Virus record (IMG/VR): IMGVR_UViG_2772190661_000001
Span: 32,001 to 96,000 of that record
DNA length: 64,000 nt
Strand: one strand, 5' to 3'
From: a virus
Taxonomy: Duplodnaviria > Caudoviricetes
Each line of letters begins with the position of its first letter. The first letter of the stretch is position 1. Of this stretch, positions 57,106-64,000 are shown one piece after another. Below the pieces are notes generated by a model. The model ran no database searches. It was given only the letters and a program-made list of their open reading frames with translations, and was not told the DNA's origin. The translations under genes and the position numbers were made by a program.

Positions 57106-57149
57106 CTATGGAATTCTCAATCATCATTTCCGTGCGCATAAAATGCGCA
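57106..57149 (-). promoter_or_regulatory. BoxB/BoxA-like antitermination element
   Basis: Hairpin TGCGCAT-TTT-ATGCGCA followed by TGATGATTGAGAATTCCATAG, resembling actinobacterial rrn BoxA. Confidence 0.45.
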
Positions 57150-57159
57150 GGACAAAGCG

Positions 57160-57232
57160 CACGGGCGGCAGGAGTCGAACCCGCAACCTACGGTTTTGGA
57201 GGCCGTTGCTCTACCAGTTGAGCTACACCCGT
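57160..57232 (-). tRNA. tRNA-Trp(CCA)
   Basis: ACGGGTG acceptor; loop CTCCAAA; GGTTCGACTCC. Confidence 0.9.
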
Positions 57233-57242
57233 ATGGGATACG

Positions 57243-57276
57243 AAAAACCGCCCGGTCCGATGTCGGACTCAGGCGG
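57243..57276 (-). terminator. Attenuator terminator upstream of the first tRNA
   Basis: CCGCC..GTCCGA/TCGGAC..GGCGG followed by U5, between the leader ORF and tRNA-Trp. Confidence 0.7.
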
Positions 57277-57298
57277 CGCGTCTAGCCGGGTAGGCGTA

Positions 57299-57394
57299 CT
57301 ACCCCAGGCGGCGCCGCTTGTCGGGACCTCGGACGGATGAACTCGGCTGCAGGCGCCAGGCAACACTCTTCGCCATTACTACGTTCTTCGACAT
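57299..57394 (-). CDS. Leader peptide (31 aa) MSKNVVMAKSVAWRLQPSSSVRGPDKRRRLG
   Basis: Perfect AAGGAGG RBS 8 nt before the ATG; lies between promoter and terminator. Confidence 0.7.
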   Translation of the reverse strand: MSKNVVMAKSVAWRLQPSSSVRGPDKRRRLG

Positions 57395-57441
57395 CGCCAT
57401 CGCCTCCTTCGTTTCGTCCGTCTCGCTCGGTGCTGGAATAC

Positions 57442-57479
57442 ACGTTAGTGACCCCGCACAACACGCACAACCAATTAAA
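57442..57479 (-). promoter_or_regulatory. WhiB7/WblC-type promoter
   Basis: TTTAATT, 2 bp, TTGTGC (-35), 17 bp, TAACGT (-10). Confidence 0.6.
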
Positions 57480-57532
57480 CGCGATTCCCACGGTACGCCC
57501 GCGGGAGCACCCGACAATCGCTGGTAGGGTGC

Positions 57533-58099
57533 GTGATCATGCGGCTCGGGAAGCAGATGCGCGCCCGCCGGAGCAGTGAGCTCGCGGCCCTGCGCGCCGA
57601 GGTCGCCGCGCTCCGCGCCGAGGTGGCGGCGCTCCGCCCGTCCCCGCCGCCGCCCGCCGACGACCTCGCACAGGATTACCGCACCTGGCGGGACGGCCCG
57701 CTGCTCCGGCTCGCGAAGGTGCTCACCCGCCGCGCCGGGTCCGACGCGCCCGCACCGGCCCGCGGCGCCGCGATGCACGCGCTCTGCCGGGTGCTCCTGA
57801 CCCCGGCCACCGACGCGGAGACCCGGCACCGCCTGGTCGGCGACACCGTCACCGACCTGCTGGGCGACACCTCGTGGCGCAACGACGCGGCGCTCGTCCG
57901 TACCCTCATCGAGGCTCGTGACGGCGCCACACCGCTGCGCGACGCCGTCGCCGTGCACGAGTGGCTCTGGCCGGCCGGGGGCGTCGCGCTCGACCCGGCC
58001 CGGCACGACATCCTGCCCGGCTCCGAGGGCGGCCGCGTCGTCGCGACCGCCGCCCCGGGCCTCCGTGGTGCCGTGTTACCGCTCGTCGTGGCCGGGTGA
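57533..58099 (+). CDS. Hypothetical protein with coiled coil and GrpE-like C-terminus
   Basis: LAALRAEV repeats; LDPARHD...VV....PGL resembles the GrpE beta domain. Confidence 0.45.
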   Translation: MIMRLGKQMRARRSSELAALRAEVAALRAEVAALRPSPPPPADDLAQDYRTWRDGPLLRLAKVLTRRAGSDAPAPARGAAMHALCRVLLTPATDAETRHRLVGDTVTDLLGDTSWRNDAALVRTLIEARDGATPLRDAVAVHEWLWPAGGVALDPARHDILPGSEGGRVVATAAPGLRGAVLPLVVAG

Positions 58100-58103
58100 G
58101 CCG

Positions 58104-60053
58104 CTACTGCTGATCCATGGTGGCGATCGCGAGACCGTTACCGAACGTGACCGACCACACCTGAGACCGCTCGGCATCCGACGGATCGGCCATGTCGGCC
58201 GCGAAGTCGTTGAGCGCGTAGGGGCCGCCGTTGATCGTGCGGATCTCGGCCTCCTCCGCGGGCGCGATCCACAGCGGACCCAGCCCGTCGCTGTTGCCCG
58301 CGTTCTTGTCCGCCGCCTCGCGGATCCGGAGCTTGAGGTGGCCGCCGGCCGTGCTCGCGGAGTCGACGACCATCAGGAACGGGCCGGGCCCGCTGTAGTC
58401 GGTGCCGGGCAGCTCCAGGTACGCGTCCGGGTCGTCCGGGTTGGCCTCCTTGACGGCCTGCACCACGCGCGGGTCGAGCGGCTCGCCCCGGTTGTTCCGC
58501 GGGCCGGTGCCGACCGGCGTGGCGCTGGGGGTGGCGGCGGGCGTGTTCGACGGAGCGCCGCTGGTCGGGCCGTTCTGCGGCGACCCGATCTTCTCGTCGC
58601 CACGGTTCCCGTAGGCGACATATCCGGCGCCCGCCGCGGCCAGCACCAGCAGGATCACCAGCGCGACCGGCCAGCGGCGCTTCTTCCTCGGCGGCGGACC
58701 GGCCGGCACCGCCGCGGCCCCGGTCGCCCTGCGCCCCGGCCTGCCCGGCACCTCGAACTGCGAGTACGGCCGCGTCGGCGCGAGCCCGTCGTCGGCCTGC
58801 GGGGCCCGCGACGGCACCGGCTGGGCCGGCGCACCGCGCGGGGGTGTCAACGGCGCCATAGTGACCGGCGGGGCGTGCAGCACGTTCGCCAGGCCCGGAC
58901 CGGACGGCGACGCCGGATAGGCCGGCGGCGCGGAGACCTGGCCCGCGAGCGCCGCGGCCACCTGCTCCCGCGTCACGCGCGCGGTCCGGTCCGCGTCCAG
59001 GCCACCCACGGTCTCGGCCGTGACCGCGCCGTTCGCCACCGCCAGCTCCGGCTGCTCGATCACGGCCGGCGCCACGCTCAGCGCGCGGTGCAGCATGGAC
59101 GCGACCAGCGGCACCCGGCTCGCGCCGCCGACCAGCAGCACACCCTTCAGCGCGGACGCCTCCACGCCGGCCTCGCGCAGCACCAGGCGCGTGGTCGCCA
59201 CCGTACGGTCGATCACCGGCCGGGCCAGCGCCTCGAACTGCTCGCGGCCGAGCGGCGCCTCCACCTCCAGCAGCGGCAGGTGGATGTGGGTGGCCGAGGA
59301 CCGGGACAGCATCTCCTTGCCGGTACGCACGTCCGCCCACAGTGCACGCGAGGCCCGCCGGTCCGCCGCGTCGGCCGGCGCGGTCAGGCGCGCCCAGGCC
59401 GCCGGGTCCTTCGGCGCGTACACCGCGCCGAGGTGCGCGACGATCGCCGCGTCCAGGTCCAGGCCACCGCCGTCGGACAGCCCCGACGTGGCCAGCAGTG
59501 CGAAACCGTCCCCGGTCCGCCGGATCACCGACGCGTCGTACGTGCCCGCGCCCAGGTCACAGACGACCACGCTGCCGCCGACCGGGATCGTGGTCCCGGC
59601 CGTGCTCGCGAAGTACGCCGCCGCCGCGACCGGCTCGCTGACCAGCCGCACGTTGCGCAGGCCCGCACGCGCCGCCGAGTCCAGCAGCACGTCCCGCCGC
59701 CGCTTGCCCCAGGCCGCCGGGTGCGTGATCGTCACCCGGTCCGGCGTGCCCTGCACCTGGTCCGCCACCCGCCGCAGCACGGCCGCGAACATGTCCGGCA
59801 CCGCCACCTCGACGCCCCCGAGCAGCACGGACTGCTCGTCGATGCGCTGCTTCGGGTACGGCTCATAGCTCTCCGGCGCCGTCCGGGCCGCGTGCGCCGC
59901 ATCCGGCCCCACCAGCAGCCGGCCGCCCGGATCCGCACAGACCCCCGACGGCAGCGACGGCGCGCCGTCGAACAGCACCGGGCGTACCCCCAGCGGACCA
60001 TCGAACACTGCCACCGTGCTGGAGGTGCCGAAATCTATGCAGAGGTGCGTCAC
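58104..60053 (-). CDS. Hsp70-family protein with Pro-rich linker, TM and extracellular domain
   Basis: IDFGTSSTVA, THPAAW, SEPVAAA, DLGAGTYD, GGLDLD and LVGGASRVP motifs. Confidence 0.88.
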   Translation of the reverse strand: MTHLCIDFGTSSTVAVFDGPLGVRPVLFDGAPSLPSGVCADPGGRLLVGPDAAHAARTAPESYEPYPKQRIDEQSVLLGGVEVAVPDMFAAVLRRVADQVQGTPDRVTITHPAAWGKRRRDVLLDSAARAGLRNVRLVSEPVAAAAYFASTAGTTIPVGGSVVVCDLGAGTYDASVIRRTGDGFALLATSGLSDGGGLDLDAAIVAHLGAVYAPKDPAAWARLTAPADAADRRASRALWADVRTGKEMLSRSSATHIHLPLLEVEAPLGREQFEALARPVIDRTVATTRLVLREAGVEASALKGVLLVGGASRVPLVASMLHRALSVAPAVIEQPELAVANGAVTAETVGGLDADRTARVTREQVAAALAGQVSAPPAYPASPSGPGLANVLHAPPVTMAPLTPPRGAPAQPVPSRAPQADDGLAPTRPYSQFEVPGRPGRRATGAAAVPAGPPPRKKRRWPVALVILLVLAAAGAGYVAYGNRGDEKIGSPQNGPTSGAPSNTPAATPSATPVGTGPRNNRGEPLDPRVVQAVKEANPDDPDAYLELPGTDYSGPGPFLMVVDSASTAGGHLKLRIREAADKNAGNSDGLGPLWIAPAEEAEIRTINGGPYALNDFAADMADPSDAERSQVWSVTFGNGLAIATMDQQ

Positions 60054-60455
60054 CGAACCAAGATAGCGGCCCCTCGCCCCACGCGCGTCCCAGGTGGACC
60101 GCCCTCCCCGGCCGTCCCGCAGGTCCTGCACCCACGATCGACTCGTCGCTGACCTGCTGCGACGGCGGCAGCATCCAGCGGGCATGCCCTCGGTGATCGC
60201 GGACCGCCGGTCCGGCACGGTGTCCGCGGTGCCGTAGGCGTGGGTCGGCCTCGCCCGGTCCACCCCGTCAAGATCTTCAAGCACGGACCAGAGCCCTGAC
60301 CAGGGGGTACGACATCCCGCCGCGCACCGGCACGCGCGGCAGCAAACGTGAGCGGCGGCGGGAGTCGCGTGCTCTTCGGTGACCAGCGGCGGCACCGGCT
60401 CCGATCGGGGATCGGAAGCGGAGCGCCAGCGGAGTCTTCCGAACCCCGGAGGTTG

Positions 60456-60577
60456 GCCCGCGGGAGCAACGCTGCGGGACCACGCCGGAAGCGGGCACGT
60501 CGTGGGGTCCGGGGCTCGGGCCCCGGGGAAACACAGCGCCCGCGGGAGCAACGCTGCCGGACCACGCCGGAAGCGGG
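60456..60577. repeat. Two 40-bp direct repeats (1 mismatch) with a 42-bp spacer
   Basis: GCCCGCGGGAGCAACGCTGCSGGACCACGCCGGAAGCGGG at 60456-60495 and 60538-60577. Confidence 0.8.
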
Positions 60578-60585
60578 AAAGCGGC

Positions 60586-60933
60586 CTATCGGGTCTGGAT
60601 CTTGCGGCCTCGGGCGCCCAATGGAATCTGAGCGGGGTCGACGGCGACCGAGGTCAGGTTCTTGTAGGCGTAGCCGCGGGAGGTCAGCCACTCGTCGGCG
60701 AGGAGTTCGGCGCGGGTGGCGGTGACGTCGAGGTCCTCGTCGTCGTCGGCCTCGACGAGGTAGCGGAACGTGAAGAACGGGCGGGCGGCCAGGTCGTAGG
60801 CGAGGTGGCCCTCGGGCGTGTAGGCCGTGGTGAGGAAGTCACGGCCGGCGGCGTCGGCGGTCAGGGCCGCGGTCTGCTCCGGGGTCAGTCGGTCGAAGGC
60901 GCCACGCACGGTCACTCGGATGCCACGGCTCAT
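60586..60933 (-). CDS. DUF6204-like protein
   Basis: [12 protein letters not shown]...TPEGHLAYD...FFTFR. Confidence 0.7.
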   Translation of the reverse strand: MSRGIRVTVRGAFDRLTPEQTAALTADAAGRDFLTTAYTPEGHLAYDLAARPFFTFRYLVEADDDEDLDVTATRAELLADEWLTSRGYAYKNLTSVAVDPAQIPLGARGRKIQTR

Positions 60934-60987
60934 GGCGCGACCCTATCGAGCCCCGGAGGCCGGTCGCATCCGATTATCGTCGTCGGC

Positions 60988-61110
60988 ATGTCTGTGCTCG
61001 TGGCTTTCAGTGTGTCGCCGCTCGGAGCGGGCGAAGAGGTCGGGACGATCGTGGCGGAGGCGGTACGCGTGGTGCGCGCCTCCGGGCTGCCGAACCGGAC
61101 CGACGCAATG
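60988..61110 (+). pseudogene. 5' half of an MTH1187/thiamine-binding-family gene, interrupted by integration
   Basis: [33 protein letters not shown] matches the family, then the sequence diverges and GC drops. Confidence 0.8.
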
Positions 61111-61156
61111 CCGCCTAAACTGCATCTCATGTTTCCCCAGATAGAGAGCGAATCGT

Positions 61157-62692
61157 GTGATGCGAAATCCCTCGGATTGGGCAGGTAGCACTGACAGCGG
61201 CTCTCCCAAGTACGCCGTGGCCTACATACGGGTGTCCCGGGTGGGCGGACGGGACGATGACCTCATCTCTCCGGAGTTGCAGCGATTCCAGATCGATGAG
61301 CTTGCCCGGCGCGAAGGGATCAAGATCGTCGAGGAGATGCAGGATCTAGACCGGTCCGGACGCGACTTCACCAAACGTCGCGTCGAGGAGATCATCGACG
61401 GAATCCGGAACGGCAAGTGGCAGTACGTCCTGCTCTGGAAGTGGTCCCGCTGGGGCCGCAACATGCGCCAGTCTCAGCTGTACCTGGGTCGGGCTGAGGA
61501 CGCTGGCGGCGTCGTACGCGCAGCGACGGAGGATTTCGACCCGGGAACAACTATCGGCCGCTTCAGCCGAGACCAGATGCTGTCCTTCGCGCAACTGCAA
61601 TCGGACATGATCGGTGACAGTTGGCGTGATACCCAGGACCGTCGTCGCCGCAATGGCCTACCTCATAACGGTCGGCCTCGGTTCGGGTACGAGTACAGCC
61701 GGAAGACCGGCTATACCCCTCATCCTGAAACCGGGCCACTGCTGGCGAGCTTCTATGAGCGGTATGTTGCCGGGGAGTCCTTCTACAAGCTCGTCCTGGA
61801 GTTGAACCGCAGCGGCATCCAGCCGCCCCAGACGGATGTTTGGAGTCAGACGGCGCTCTCGGTTCTCATGGATACGGGTTTCGCGGCTGGGCTGATTCGA
61901 GAGAAGTCTTCCCAACAGCGTCGCCGTGAGGGCAAGGCCACCAGGCGCACGCTCGACTCGTACGATATCTGGCGCGTAGGCGCACATGAGCCGTTGATTT
62001 CAGAGCCGGTCTGGGTTCGGTATCTCGAACGCCGCAAGCAACAGGCGAAGCTTCCTCCGAGGTCTCGGTCGCCGAAGTACGCCTTGTCGTCTGTCATGCG
62101 GTGTGCACTGTGCGGAGCGTCGATGACAGTGATGCATGGAAGGAACGGGCGTCAGTGGTCGTGTTCGAAGGCACGAGCGTCCCGGCACCACGAGCCGAAC
62201 TACATTTCGGACGTCCGGGCAAGTCAAGAGGCTTTGGACTGGTTGTTGTCCAATGTGCCGGAGAAGTCTAGTGGGGCGGTAACGGAGGAGGCTCGTCGGC
62301 TGGAGCGAGGTCGTGTGGCACGTGACCGCGTGGCCCGGCTGTCCGAGCAGGACAAGAAGATCAAGGGGCGGCGAGCGAAGCTGATCGACCTGTACTCCGA
62401 TGATTTGGTGACGCGCGAGGAGTTTGAGGAGAGGCGTGCATCGCTTCTGGTGGAGTTGGAGGTGGTGCAGGCTGCCCTCGCTGAGGCGCGAGAGGATGAG
62501 CGGCGTTCGGGGGTAAGTTATGTCCGGGCCTTTTCGACACTGGCTCAGGAGTGGGATCTTTGGGAACCGGATAAGCGGCGGGAGGCATTGCTTCAGTTGG
62601 TGGGTAGTGTGACGGTTCTCCCGAAGAGTGCGAACGAATCTAAGCGACTCGTCGTTGTTCCAATATGGGATAGAACCGGCGAGGTGGGATAG
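61157..62692 (+). CDS. Large serine recombinase (integrase)
   Basis: YIRVS catalytic motif, D.DRSG, SRWGRN, PRFGY, Zn ribbon CALCG and coiled coil. Confidence 0.93.
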   Translation: MMRNPSDWAGSTDSGSPKYAVAYIRVSRVGGRDDDLISPELQRFQIDELARREGIKIVEEMQDLDRSGRDFTKRRVEEIIDGIRNGKWQYVLLWKWSRWGRNMRQSQLYLGRAEDAGGVVRAATEDFDPGTTIGRFSRDQMLSFAQLQSDMIGDSWRDTQDRRRRNGLPHNGRPRFGYEYSRKTGYTPHPETGPLLASFYERYVAGESFYKLVLELNRSGIQPPQTDVWSQTALSVLMDTGFAAGLIREKSSQQRRREGKATRRTLDSYDIWRVGAHEPLISEPVWVRYLERRKQQAKLPPRSRSPKYALSSVMRCALCGASMTVMHGRNGRQWSCSKARASRHHEPNYISDVRASQEALDWLLSNVPEKSSGAVTEEARRLERGRVARDRVARLSEQDKKIKGRRAKLIDLYSDDLVTREEFEERRASLLVELEVVQAALAEAREDERRSGVSYVRAFSTLAQEWDLWEPDKRREALLQLVGSVTVLPKSANESKRLVVVPIWDRTGEVG

Positions 62693-62733
62693 TTATTCCA
62701 ATTTGCCGCCACGATATCTGTGACCGATGCCGT

Positions 62734-62967
62734 TCAGGCGGCGTCGGCGCCCCTGCGGCGCGTCGCCAAATTCTGGGCAGCATGAGCCTCGCGTAAGCAG
62801 GTCTCTAGGTGGGCATGAGCGGCGATTCTCCAGAAATCGGCTACAGCCTGCTCCCGGGTCTTGTGGGGATTTTTCGGATCGGCGCGGCCTGCGTCAGGCA
62901 GGGCTCGCCGTCGGCGATCTTCTCCAGATGGCCGGCTGGAACGGTTCGACTTTGCGTCCTTCAACAT
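62734..62967 (-). CDS. Possible small protein convergent on the integrase
   Basis: MLKDAK...AVADFWRIAA ORF; weak support. Confidence 0.3.
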   Translation of the reverse strand: MLKDAKSNRSSRPSGEDRRRRALPDAGRADPKNPHKTREQAVADFWRIAAHAHLETCLREAHAAQNLATRRRGADAA

Positions 62968-64000
62968 GGGCGACTCTTTGAATTTGGAACACTTGGTCAT
63001 TTGATTTCGGCGCGTCCTCAACCCTCCGAGCAGGGTGTTGACCTGAAAGTACGCGTAGTGCAGTTTGATTCCCCAATTTCAATTGTTTGGTAAGGCGCCC
63101 TACGGCATCTCCGGCGTTTTCCTCGCCATGGCACGGTCCGCAGGGGCCCCTATGCCCGTCGAGTCGTCCCGGGCATCATGCCTAGAGCCTCCTAGGAGGC
63201 TAGTCCACTATCTTTCTCCACCCCCGCAGCAAGCCTCAGTTCCACGCCGCTATACACCGAGCTAAACACAGGGCCACAAAAGAAGACCAGCGGTGCAAAT
63301 CAAATGGAACGAATTTTGGTTCCCGCCTCCGGCCCGTGGTAAATGGATAGATGGCGGACAAGCGCGCCATCTGGGCTACCTTTCGCAGTTCAGCCGCTCC
63401 GTCTATCGGGGACGTCAACCGCGGCCCGCTCGAGATCACCGCCCGGATCCGGCACGAGGTGGTAGTCAGTCGACTTTTACCGGCAGAAGAAACGTACGGC
63501 GGTCTGGCGCAAGCAGACCGAGCGCCTGCCGGATGATGTCGGATTTGGCAGGTCGGGATCGCGCAGGGCGGTCCGGAGCTGGTGGCCCGTTGGCGCGCGG
63601 GGTTCTTGGTCTCGATGACCGCACGTCACTCACCTGGGCGAGGTGCCGCCGGGCGTGTCTGCGGCTGGGTGAGACTGGGGCGGAGGGTGGTTACCACCGC
63701 CTCGACTACGTCCAGCGGATGAGCCTGGCCGTCTGGTACGACACGTCAGAGGTGCCGGCCCTCGGGGACCTGGAGCGCTGGGTCCGCCTGCGATAGAAGC
63801 TGGCGTCGGCTTCCGTATCTCGGCTCAGACACCGGGCGGAGCATCCTGATGGCCCCAGCCCTGCGGCGCCCGGACGGACCGAACGTCAAGAAAGGATGTG
63901 CCGCCTTGGCCGCGCTCACGGGCCTTCTCGCCGGTGCCACTGGCGCGATCACCGCCTGGCTGCCCGACAACCTTGGTAGCTGATCTCGATGCCGGGCGAG

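Larger units (their letters stand above)
61105..64000. mobile_element. Left end of a serine-integrase element (continues beyond the window)
   Basis: Split target gene, adjacent integrase, lower GC. Confidence 0.8.

Noticed and set aside
56175-57232. tRNAs as prophage cargo
   Set aside because: They have their own host-type promoter, attenuator and terminator and adjoin host genes; not formally excluded
60456-60577. CRISPR array
   Set aside because: Only two repeats, no cas genes or leader, and the repeat does not resemble known CRISPR repeat ends
63293-63970. ORFs at the right edge of the window
   Set aside because: No recognisable motifs, RBS or codon bias, so no call can be supported

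Overview
This is high-GC actinomycete DNA; the gene content looks Micromonosporaceae-like (inference). Five blocks are visible. (1) About 1-17.3 kb is a plasmid/AICE-like module: a small-protein/DUF6879/XRE-DUF5753 regulatory triad, a Panacea-type TA pair, a DnaB_N-DUF3987 replication gene beside an AT-rich origin-like stretch, and a + strand transfer operon with a TraB/FtsK translocase and an intragenic GGACA repeat array. (2) About 17.4-56.0 kb is an almost entirely minus-strand siphovirus prophage with intact early, recombination, replication, tail and lysis genes. Its large terminase is truncated and abuts the tail genes, with no portal, capsid or neck genes, and no repressor or integrase lies next to cro. 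(3) About 56.1-57.5 kb is a six-tRNA operon (Trp, Pro, Gly, Gln, Ser, Arg) with an embedded HNH gene. It is preceded by a WhiB7/WblC-type promoter and a leader-peptide attenuator, and has a BoxB/BoxA-like element inside it. (4) About 57.5-61.1 kb holds host genes. (5) From about 61.1 kb a lower-GC element begins, with a large serine recombinase integrated in an MTH1187-family gene. All family assignments come from recognising motifs by eye; no database searches were run.
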